DNA from: Candidatus Sumerlaeia bacterium
Lineage (GTDB): Bacteria > Sumerlaeota > Sumerlaeia > SLMS01
Length of the DNA stretch: 18,959 nucleotides
Direction of reading: 5' to 3'
Assembly: GCA_038208905.1 (NCBI GenBank)
Contig: JBBQYG010000065.1
Span: 1 to 18,959, forward strand
Part shown: piece by piece, positions 8,391-15,997 of the stretch
How the letters are laid out: the number at the start of each line of letters is the position of its first letter
Numbering within the stretch: position 1 is the first letter of the stretch
Notes under the pieces: model-generated
Databases searched by the model: none
Seen by the model: the letters and a program-made list of their open reading frames with translations, nothing else
What the model was told of the DNA's origin: nothing
Translations under genes and position numbers: made by a program

Positions 8391-10012
8391 TCGCGCTGCG
8401 CGCGTTCCTCTTCGCGTGGATCGCTCTGGCGCCACTGCTCTGCCTCGCCCTGCTCGCGGTGCCCGGCGGATTCGCGGGCGCGCCTGATGCCGCGATGGCC
8501 GAGCCGATGCGCGCGGGCGAGCTGCTCCTCAACAGCCTCGGCTCCGCGATTCCCGCCGCCGTGCTCGCGATGCTGTGGATGATTCCCGCCGCGCTGGTCG
8601 CGATGCGGATCGAGCGCGGACCCGCGCGCGCGCTCCTGATCGCCATGGCCGTGGCGCCGCTCTTCGTTTCGCCCGCCGTGGTCGCCGTCGCGGGGATTCG
8701 TCTCCTCGGCGCATCGGGCCCGGTGATGAACGCGTGGTACGCGGTTCTGCCGCTGGAGGGCGGCGCCGTCCGATTCGCCCCTGTCTATACGCTTCCCGGC
8801 CTCTCGCTGATGCTCGCCTGGTCTTTCGCGCCGGTGGCCATGATCGCGTCCTGCGCGGCGCTGTCGTTCGCCGACCGCAATGCGGAGGAGGCGGCGCGCC
8901 TCGATACCACGTGGGCCGGCGTGCTGGCCCGCGTGGCCCTTCCCGGCGCGGCCCCCGGAATCGTGGGCGGCGCGCTGCTGATCCTCCTCCTCGCCCTCGT
9001 CGAGTTCGGCGTCCCCGAGTCCCTTCGCTCCATGCCTGTCCTCGTGAGCGAGGTCTATCGCCAGTTCGGCGTCTACTACAGCCCCGGCAACGCGGCCCTC
9101 GCCTCGTTGATTCTCGCCGCGCTCGCGATGGTGCTGCTGGCGATACTCGGGCGCGCTTGGAACCCGAGGGCGTCCGACGAGGGAGAAAGCGTTCAGTCCA
9201 TCCGCCCCGCCACCCGCGCTCCCATCGCATGGCGCGCCTTGGGCTGGATGACGGGAACTGTCCCCTCGCTCATTCTCTTCGGTGTCCTTGTCTATACATC
9301 CATCGGTCCCACCGGCCTGTTGAACACGCTGTGGGAGACGTGGCAGCTCGCGGGAAGCGAACTCCTCTTCTCCCTCCGCCTCGCGTTCCTCGGCGGAGCA
9401 TTGTCGCTCGGCGTGGGAACGCTCCTCGGAGCAGGTCTCGCAACGCTCCGCAATCCGCGGACCCTGCGATTGCTCGCTGTCTTCGGGTTCGTCCTCCCCG
9501 GTCCCATCGTCGGCGTCGCGCTTAAGAGCCTTCTCCTCCAACCGCCGGGCTCGCTTCCGCTCGGCCTCGACGACGCAATGGCATGGTTCGATGGAACCAC
9601 CGGCCCGCTCCTCTTCGCGTGGACGTTGCGCTTCGCGCCGCTGGTGGCGCTGTTGGTGGAGTACCAACTCCGCTCCGTTCCGCGCGATCTGATCGATGCG
9701 GCGCGGCTTGATTCGCCCGGAATCATCGGCGCCATGCGGACGTGGGGCCTACGCGCCGCCGCGCCCGCGATGCTGGCGGGCGGGCTCGCGAGCATCGCGC
9801 TCGTCATCGGAGAGACTGGCGCGTGTGTGCTCCTGATTCCTCCGGGGCCGACGACGCTCTCCGTGCGGCTGATGACCCTGATGCACTACGCGCCCACCTG
9901 GGAGGTGAGCGCGCTGTGCCTGTTGTTGGCCATGATTCCGCTGGCCGTGCTGCCGCCCGTAGCCGTGGTGATGATCAGGCTTTCTCGGGCTCCCATCGGC
10001 AACACACGCTGA
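8387..10012 (+). CDS. ABC transporter permease, FbpB/ThiP-type with two fused permease modules
   Basis: Highly hydrophobic, about 12 TM segments; two EAA loops (DRNAEEAARLD...ARVALP and PRDLIDAARLD); GTGA overlap with the methyltransferase stop. Confidence 0.85.
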   Translation: MIALRAFLFAWIALAPLLCLALLAVPGGFAGAPDAAMAEPMRAGELLLNSLGSAIPAAVLAMLWMIPAALVAMRIERGPARALLIAMAVAPLFVSPAVVAVAGIRLLGASGPVMNAWYAVLPLEGGAVRFAPVYTLPGLSLMLAWSFAPVAMIASCAALSFADRNAEEAARLDTTWAGVLARVALPGAAPGIVGGALLILLLALVEFGVPESLRSMPVLVSEVYRQFGVYYSPGNAALASLILAALAMVLLAILGRAWNPRASDEGESVQSIRPATRAPIAWRALGWMTGTVPSLILFGVLVYTSIGPTGLLNTLWETWQLAGSELLFSLRLAFLGGALSLGVGTLLGAGLATLRNPRTLRLLAVFGFVLPGPIVGVALKSLLLQPPGSLPLGLDDAMAWFDGTTGPLLFAWTLRFAPLVALLVEYQLRSVPRDLIDAARLDSPGIIGAMRTWGLRAAAPAMLAGGLASIALVIGETGACVLLIPPGPTTLSVRLMTLMHYAPTWEVSALCLLLAMIPLAVLPPVAVVMIRLSRAPIGNTR

Positions 10013-11450
10013 GCTCCCGCGCCGCCGCCGCCTCGTCGAGCCGACCCGTCGGCAACGTGCGCGGAGACTTCTTCAGCTCCTCAGGCTCCTCGTCGATCTC
10101 GCGCGCGATCTGGCGCATCGCATCGAGGAACAGGTCCAGCGTTTCCTTGCTCTCCGTCTCGGTCGGCTCGATCAGCAGGCACTCCGGAACCAGAAGCGGG
10201 AAGTAGATCGTCGGAGCGTGATAGCCCAGGTCCAGCAGCCGCTTTGCCACGTCGAAGGCCTTGATGCCATTGACCTTCTCCGCCTTGCGGACAGTGACCA
10301 GCGCCTCGTGCTTGCAAAGGTCGCCGAAGGGACGCTCGAAAACCGGCGGCAGGTTGTGCATCACATAGTTCGCATTCAGCGTCGCCAGCGTCGCCACATC
10401 CCACAGGCCCTGGCCGCCCTGCATCAGCGCATAGGACAGCGCGCGCACGATCACGCCCGCGTTGCCATGGAAGGCCAGCACCTTGCCGATGCTCTGGCTC
10501 GGCTTCACCGCCGAGTAGCTGCCATCGTCGTTCTTCGAGACGTGCGGAGAGGGCAGATACTTCGCCAGCCGCGCGGCCACGCCCACGGGCCCCGCGCCGG
10601 GACCGCCGCCGCCGTGGGGCGTGCTGAACGTCTTGTGCAGGTTCATGTGTACCACGTCGAAACCCATGTCGCCGGGCCGCGCGCGACCCACGATGGCATT
10701 CAGGTTGGCGCCGTCGTAATAGAGGAGCCCGCCGGCCTGGTGGATCAGGCGAGCGATCTCGCGGATGTCCTTTTCGAAGAGGCCACAGGTATTCGGATTC
10801 GTCAGCATGATGCCCGCCGTCCTGGGTCCGATGGCGGCCTTCAGCGCCTCCAGATCCACGCGGCCATGCGCGCCGGACTTGATCTCGCGCACCTTGAATC
10901 CCGCCAGCACCGCGCTGGCCGGATTCGTTCCGTGGGCAGCGTCGGGAACGATCACCTCGTCGCGTTCCGGTGAATGCTCGCGGTGCCACGCCTTGATGAT
11001 CGACATGCCGACAAACTCGCCCTGGGCGCCCGCCGCCGGGCACAGCGTCACCGCGCCCATGCCGAGCACCTGCTTCAGAATCTCCTGAAGGTCGTGGAAT
11101 ACGCGCAGGCTCCCCTGCGTATCCGTGTCGTCCTGCATCGGATGCAGCTTCGCGAATCCCGGCATCGCGGCCATGCGCTCGTTGATGCGCGGATTGTACT
11201 TCATCGTGCAGGAGCCGAGCGGATAGAACTGCGCGTCGATCGAGTAGTTCTTCTGGCTGAGCCGCGTGAAATGACGCACGCCATCCAGCTCGCTCACCTC
11301 CGGCAACTGCGCTGCGGCCCGGCGCCTCAGCGCCGCGGGAACTCGCGTCTTCGCCGCGCGGCGTTCCTCCGCCGTTGCCGTCGGCGGCAACACGCCGCGC
11401 CGCCCGGGGCTGGAGATTTCATTAACCAACGGCAGGTGATCCTTCAGCAT
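9975..11450 (-). CDS. gcvPB: Glycine dehydrogenase (decarboxylating) subunit 2
   Basis: FYPLGSCTMKYNP, AHGTNPASA, MLTNPNTCGLFE, YYDGANLNA, PLP-lysine motif HMNLHKTFSTPHGGGGPG, IEPTETESKETLD. ATG 11450 with AGAGGA SD. Confidence 0.97.
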   Translation of the reverse strand: MLKDHLPLVNEISSPGRRGVLPPTATAEERRAAKTRVPAALRRRAAAQLPEVSELDGVRHFTRLSQKNYSIDAQFYPLGSCTMKYNPRINERMAAMPGFAKLHPMQDDTDTQGSLRVFHDLQEILKQVLGMGAVTLCPAAGAQGEFVGMSIIKAWHREHSPERDEVIVPDAAHGTNPASAVLAGFKVREIKSGAHGRVDLEALKAAIGPRTAGIMLTNPNTCGLFEKDIREIARLIHQAGGLLYYDGANLNAIVGRARPGDMGFDVVHMNLHKTFSTPHGGGGPGAGPVGVAARLAKYLPSPHVSKNDDGSYSAVKPSQSIGKVLAFHGNAGVIVRALSYALMQGGQGLWDVATLATLNANYVMHNLPPVFERPFGDLCKHEALVTVRKAEKVNGIKAFDVAKRLLDLGYHAPTIYFPLLVPECLLIEPTETESKETLDLFLDAMRQIAREIDEEPEELKKSPRTLPTGRLDEAAAARELSVCCRWEPEKA

Positions 11451-11489
11451 TGCAAGTCCTCTCTGGCAATTGGCAAGCACATGGGAATT

Positions 11490-12197
11490 CTAGGCCGGAT
11501 ACCGCGCGATCAAGTCCCGCAACCCGCTGATCATGAATACCACCTCCTCGCGGGTGTACTGCGCGTGGCGTCCTTCCAGCGAGTGGATCCGCGTCTGATT
11601 CCACATCGCCAGGTTCCGCGCGTCGGAGATGTCCAGCGCCTCCGCTCCCACCAGGTCGTTCATCATTTGCGAAGCGCGCTTTGGGATCGTCTCGCCTTCG
11701 TGCTCCGTCAGAAGGCCGATTCCGTTCTTTCCGGAGAGCCGACGCAGGTGCTCCGCCATCACGCTCCCCGCCACGACCGCCGCGGGCTCCTTGAAGCCAT
11801 CGATCAGCAGCAGCCTTTGCGCCATATCCAGAAAGTCCGTCAGGATATCCGCGTGGATCAACTCCTCCGCCCGCTCCAGTCGCCGCTCGGTCAGATCCTC
11901 GCGGAGCGCCAGCAGCACGGCGCGGAGCCGCTCCGCCGTCTGCTGGGAATTCTCCGGCGGCATGTGCAGGCTCAGCACGTCCTCCCCCATGCGGCGATAC
12001 GTGCTGCGCGGCGGCGCCAGCCGCTCCAGCGCGCTTGCATAACGCGTGATCTTCTCGAACCAGATCGCGTCGCCCACCGGCTCGCTCCTGCGAATCAGGT
12101 GGATCGGCACGCCTTCGGCCGTCTCCCCCAGAATATCGTCGATCTGGGAAACGATGGAGGCCCGATCCGTCCTGCTGCGCTCCGCGGAGAGGCTCAT
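11490..12197 (-). CDS. Hypothetical protein with C-terminal HEPN/DUF4145-like helical domain (degenerate Rx4H), 235 aa
   Basis: ATG 12197 overlaps the gcvPA TGA (ATGA). C-terminal half (DFLDMAQRLL..GFKEPAAVVAGSVMAEHLRRL...WNQTRIHSLEG...YTREEVVFMISGLRDLIARY) follows the pattern I recall for DUF4145-like HEPN proteins. The ORF is well supported; the family call is by eye. Confidence 0.7.
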   Translation of the reverse strand: MSLSAERSRTDRASIVSQIDDILGETAEGVPIHLIRRSEPVGDAIWFEKITRYASALERLAPPRSTYRRMGEDVLSLHMPPENSQQTAERLRAVLLALREDLTERRLERAEELIHADILTDFLDMAQRLLLIDGFKEPAAVVAGSVMAEHLRRLSGKNGIGLLTEHEGETIPKRASQMMNDLVGAEALDISDARNLAMWNQTRIHSLEGRHAQYTREEVVFMISGLRDLIARYPA

Positions 12198-13567
12198 GCG
12201 CGTGCGGCCTCCGCGTGGGGAAGGATCGACGACGCGGCCTCTGTATAGACACGGATGTCGTCGGCCGTGTGGACCTCCGTGCAGTTCACCAGAATCAGAT
12301 TCTCCGCCCCGGGCAGCGCCGGGAACCACCGCGCCAGCGGGTATCCCGCCAGGATTCCGCGCTCGGCGCGCATCCGGTCGATGAACTCTTCCCCGGAAAT
12401 CGGCAGCCTCAGCACTGTCTCGTGGAAGGTCGGCGTCGCCGCGTCATAGAGCTCCGCCACGCCCGCGCCCACCAGTGCGTCGGCAAGCTGCTGCGTCCTC
12501 GCCAGGCTCGTCTCCGCCACTTCCGCCAGGCCCTCGCGCCCCAGCAGCGTCACATAGATCGTCACCATCAGCGCAAACAGGCCCTGGTTGGTGCAGATGT
12601 TCGACGTGGCCTTGTCGCGGCGGATGTGCTGCTCGCGTGTTTGCAGGGTCAGCACGAATCCCGCGCGGCCATCCTTGTCGCGGGTTTGGCCCACAATGCG
12701 TCCCGGCATCTTGCGAATGAGCGACTTGCGGCACGCCAGGAATCCAGCCCACGGCCCGCCAAAGGACAGCGGCACGCCCAGCGCCTGGCCTTCGCCCACG
12801 GCGATGTCGGCGCCATAGTCCGCCGGCGCGGCAAGAATCGCCAGGGACGTGGGATTCGCCGCCGTCACCAGCAACGCCCCGGCCTTGTCGGCCAGCGCGC
12901 GCGCCTCGGCGCCGTCCTCGATTCCGCCCAGGCAGTTCGGCGTTGCGATCACGATCGCGCTTGCGGGTTCGATGGACTCCATCAGCGCCGCGAAATCCGT
13001 CGCTGCGCCGCGCGCGGGAATCGTGCGGACCTCGACCTGAATCTCGCGCAGGAAACCCTCGCACACCTGGCGCCAATTGGGATGCAGAAGCTCCGGCAGA
13101 TAGACGAGGTGGATCCCCTTCTCCCTCACGGCCATCGTCAGCGCCTCGGCCAGCGCCGTGGCGCCGTCATACATCGAGGCGTTCGCCGCATCCAGCCCCG
13201 TCAGCGCGCAGATGTGCGACTGAAACTCGAAGATCGCCTGCAGGGTCCCCTGGCTCACCTCCGCCTGATAGGGCGTGTAGCAGGTCATGAACTCGCCGCG
13301 CGAAATCAGGTAGTAGGATGCCGCCGGGATGAAGTGGTTGTAGGCGCCCGCGCCCAGGAACGCGCGCCCCGCGGGGAGCGTCCGATTCTCCGCCGCGCGC
13401 TCCTCGAAGTAGCGCTCCGTCTCGAACTCCGTCAGCGCGGGAAAATCGAGCGGCTTCTTCAGCAGCAGCTCCGGCGGAACATCGCGGAACAGGTCGTCGA
13501 GCGAACTCGCTCCGATCGCGCGGAGCATCTCCTCCACATCGGCGGCGGTATGCGGCGTATAGGCCAT
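12194..13567 (-). CDS. gcvPA: Glycine dehydrogenase (decarboxylating) subunit 1
   Basis: MAYTPHT, FLGAGAYNHFIP, RGEFMTCYTPYQAEVSQGTLQAIFEFQ, NASMYDGATALAEA, LSFGGP, TLQTREQHIRRDKATSNICTNQ. Confidence 0.97.
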   Translation of the reverse strand: MAYTPHTAADVEEMLRAIGASSLDDLFRDVPPELLLKKPLDFPALTEFETERYFEERAAENRTLPAGRAFLGAGAYNHFIPAASYYLISRGEFMTCYTPYQAEVSQGTLQAIFEFQSHICALTGLDAANASMYDGATALAEALTMAVREKGIHLVYLPELLHPNWRQVCEGFLREIQVEVRTIPARGAATDFAALMESIEPASAIVIATPNCLGGIEDGAEARALADKAGALLVTAANPTSLAILAAPADYGADIAVGEGQALGVPLSFGGPWAGFLACRKSLIRKMPGRIVGQTRDKDGRAGFVLTLQTREQHIRRDKATSNICTNQGLFALMVTIYVTLLGREGLAEVAETSLARTQQLADALVGAGVAELYDAATPTFHETVLRLPISGEEFIDRMRAERGILAGYPLARWFPALPGAENLILVNCTEVHTADDIRVYTEAASSILPHAEAARA

Positions 13568-13573
13568 CGGGCG

Positions 13574-13951
13574 TTATCCTTCCACGAGCTTCTGATAGTC
13601 GGGCCACAGCAGCAGCCCACTTGTTTCCGACGGATCGGAGGGGCGGATCTTCACCAGCCACCCATCCCCATAGGGACCGCTGTTGATCGCCGACGGCTCG
13701 GAGGAGAGCGCGGCGTTCACCTCCACAATCTCCCCCGAGACCGGTGCATAGACATCCGCCGCGGCCTTTGGCGACTCAACCACCAGGATCGAATCTCCCT
13801 TCTTCACCACCTGCCCAGCCTTGGGCAGATCGACGAAGACGATGTCGCCAAGCAGGTGCTGCGCGTGGTCAGAGATTCCAATTCGGCGGACTTCGCCGGT
13901 GGGCTCGATCCATTCGTGGGAGGTGCTGAAGAGGAAAGTTTCGTGGGGCAT
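13574..13951 (-). CDS. gcvH: Glycine cleavage system H protein
   Basis: SHEW, IGISDHAQHLLGDIVFVDLP, lipoyl-lysine motif VESPKAAADVYAPVSGEIVEVN, PYGDGWLVKI; AGGAG SD. Confidence 0.96.
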   Translation of the reverse strand: MPHETFLFSTSHEWIEPTGEVRRIGISDHAQHLLGDIVFVDLPKAGQVVKKGDSILVVESPKAAADVYAPVSGEIVEVNAALSSEPSAINSGPYGDGWLVKIRPSDPSETSGLLLWPDYQKLVEG

Positions 13952-13963
13952 CGGGGGCTCCTA

Positions 13964-14076
13964 GGAGAGGGATAGGCGGCAGGGATGAGGGATGAGGGAT
14001 GATCGGCAGGGGCGAACAGGAGGAATGAGGCATGAACGGCAAAGCGGTCTTTTTTTCATCCCTCCCACCTCATCCC
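13964..14076. repeat. Intergenic GGGATGA/TCATCCC heptamer repeats in opposing orientation
   Basis: (GGGATGA)x3 at 13982-14002 plus degenerate copies, facing TCATCCC copies at 14056-14062 and 14070-14076; the last one contains the gcvT stop codon. Confidence 0.75.
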
Positions 14077-15188
14077 TGCTGTTTCAAACTCGTGACTACA
14101 AACGGAGCCTTCACAATCCGCGCGGGTGTACCAGCTCCGCGTTGCTGCACTTCAAGGTTCGTGGAGGTTACCGCGTCTGTCTTTATATACGCCAGCGCGA
14201 TGCCGGCTTCGAGTCCGGGAGAGAAGCCGCCGCTGGTCACTTCGCCAACCTCCACGCCGCCGCTGGTCACCTTGTCGCCGTGGCGGAGCGGCCTGCGTGA
14301 GTCCGTGCGGAGCGCCACCAGCTTGCGGCCCGCGCCCTCGGCTTTCTGCTTCTCCAGGATCGTGCGGCCCAGGAACTTCTCCGGCTTCTTCCAGCCGATG
14401 GACCAGCTCAGGCCCGCCTCGACGGGCGTCGTCTTCTCGTCCAGGTCGCTGCCGTAGAGACAGTAGCCCGCTTCCAGACGCAGGCTGTCGCGCGAGGCGA
14501 GCCCACACGGCACGGCGCCCGCGTCCACCAGCAGGTGCCACCACTCCTCCGCTTGCGGAGCGGGGACGATCAGCTCCGCGCCCGTCTCCCCCGTGTAGCC
14601 CGTGCGAGAGAGCAGGCAGATCTCCCCCTGGTGCATGAACGGATGCAGCGTGAAAGCCTTCGTGGCCGACCACTTCGCCGCGGGAATGAGCTTGTCCAGC
14701 ATCGCCAGCGCCGCCGGGCCCTGCACCGCGATCATGGCCCAGTCGCTGGACTCGTCCGCGATCTCCACATCGCCAAAGCCCATCTGCCGGGCCTTCGCGC
14801 GCATCCACTCCCCGTCCTTCTCGCGCGTCCCCGCGTTCACCACGGCGAAGAACTCGTGATCGCCAACGCGCGACACGATCAGGTCATCCACCACGCCGCC
14901 CAGTTCTGTGCAAAGCTGGCTGTACTTCGCCTCGGTGTGCTTGAGCGCGGAAAAATCCGCCGGAAGGAGCATCTGCAAATACGGCAGCGCCTCGGCCCCC
15001 GTGATGCGAACCTGGCCCATGTGGGACACGTCGAAGATGCCGACCCCCGTGCGGACGGCGCGGTGCTCGGCAAGCTGGCCGGAATAGGACAACGGCATGT
15101 CCCACCCGCCGAATTCCGTCATGCGGGCGCCGCTGGCAACGTGGGCGTGGTACAGGGGGGTGCGCTTGAGCGCGGTGGGGGCGGACAC
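14070..15188 (-). CDS. gcvT: Glycine cleavage system aminomethyltransferase T
   Basis: LKRTPLY, FGGWDMPLSY, EHRAVRTGVGIFDVSHMG, AVQGP, SRTGYTGETGAE, GLASRDSLRLEAGYCLYG, GEVTSGGFSP; GTG start. Confidence 0.97.
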   Translation of the reverse strand: MSAPTALKRTPLYHAHVASGARMTEFGGWDMPLSYSGQLAEHRAVRTGVGIFDVSHMGQVRITGAEALPYLQMLLPADFSALKHTEAKYSQLCTELGGVVDDLIVSRVGDHEFFAVVNAGTREKDGEWMRAKARQMGFGDVEIADESSDWAMIAVQGPAALAMLDKLIPAAKWSATKAFTLHPFMHQGEICLLSRTGYTGETGAELIVPAPQAEEWWHLLVDAGAVPCGLASRDSLRLEAGYCLYGSDLDEKTTPVEAGLSWSIGWKKPEKFLGRTILEKQKAEGAGRKLVALRTDSRRPLRHGDKVTSGGVEVGEVTSGGFSPGLEAGIALAYIKTDAVTSTNLEVQQRGAGTPARIVKAPFVVTSLKQQG

Positions 15189-15248
15189 GGGAGGAGGCGC
15201 ACCTGGGGGAGAAAGATTCTCCCGGGCCCATCAAGGCCCGGTGGCTCC

Positions 15249-15441
15249 CACTCTGTCCTGTGGACCTGAGAGTTACCCCCCCAACGCGAGGGGTGCTCCT
15301 TCGGTGGGCATCGCAACCAATCCGATGCCGCTCTCCAGAGTGCCGTCAGTCCGCCGTCCTTTTGCCTGAGAGATTGCTGGGAGCAAATTTCCCCTTCGGC
15401 GCCGGGCTCGTAGCCCGGTCTCTCCGGCGGACCTCGTCCGG
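15249..15441 (-). promoter_or_regulatory. Tandem glycine riboswitch (two aptamers) with k-turn leader-linker
   Basis: Minus strand: aptamer 1 (15432-15349) GUCCGCC-GGAGAGACC...GGCGCCGAAGGGGAAA...CUCUCAGGCAAAAGGAC-GGCGGAC; aptamer 2 (15342-15249) CACUCU-GGAGAG...CACCGAAGGAGCA...AACUCUCAGGU...GGAC-AGAGUG. Both P1 stems pair perfectly; directly upstream of gcvT. Confidence 0.95.
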
Positions 15442-15586
15442 TCGAGGTGTGGAACTAGGCGGAAGGATCGCGGTTGTCAAACCGGATTCCGCCGAAACCC
15501 GCCCCCTGTGGATCGGTCCGATCCCGAGGACCGGGCAACGGGGGGATCAGCCCGCCCCGGAACCATTACCGTACTCGGGAAATGTC

Positions 15587-15838
15587 GAGCTGATCGGCGT
15601 GGAGATCTTCCGTTCGATGAAGGAGGCCGAGGCGATGGGCGGGGACTGGCGCGAGGGATGCAAGAAGCGTCGGCCGGACTCCCCGCTGGGCTACTTGACT
15701 CCGGCGGCGCTTGCTGCCAGATAAGTAGTGTCCCAGACGCCCGGAGGGCACCGGAACAGGCAAGTCGGAAAGGGTCGAGCAACTCCCACCAAGAATCGGC
15801 AAACTTTCAGAGCAGGTGATCCAAGTATTCGCAGGTCA
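15587..15838 (+). mobile_element. IS3-family transposase C-terminal remnant with putative right end
   Basis: ELIGVEIFRSMKEAEAMGGDWREGCKKRRPDSPLGYLTPAALAAR* (stop 15724) resembles the IS3 integrase tail ExFxSLxEAxxxIxxWRxxYNxxRPHSSLGYLTP; downstream ...CAGGTGATCCAAGTATTCGCAGGTCA ends in CA like an IS3 right inverted repeat. Confidence 0.7.
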
Positions 15839-15997
15839 GGTGGACTTCTTGATTGGCTTCTTGGCAAAGTCCAGCACAACCATCGCACCCGCCCCACTCC
15901 CCGTTTGACCCCTCCCACTGTGTGGGGCACACTCCCCAGCGGTTGGCGGCGCCGTCCCTCCGCCAGCGATTTGGAGCACGAAACACGGAGTATTCCA

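Noticed and set aside
12215-13975. Long antisense or alternative-frame ORFs (e.g. 12215-13975 +, 1980-3626 -, 7143-8435 -, 8264-9667 -, 10974-12248 +)
   Set aside because: Shadow ORFs expected in high-GC DNA opposite well-supported genes; no recognisable motifs.
15728-15997. 90-aa N-terminal extension of Pgk in the ORF track
   Set aside because: Similarity starts at LAKLSVQNVDVKGKRV; TTG 15998 has a good SD; the extension overlaps the IS remnant and promoter region.
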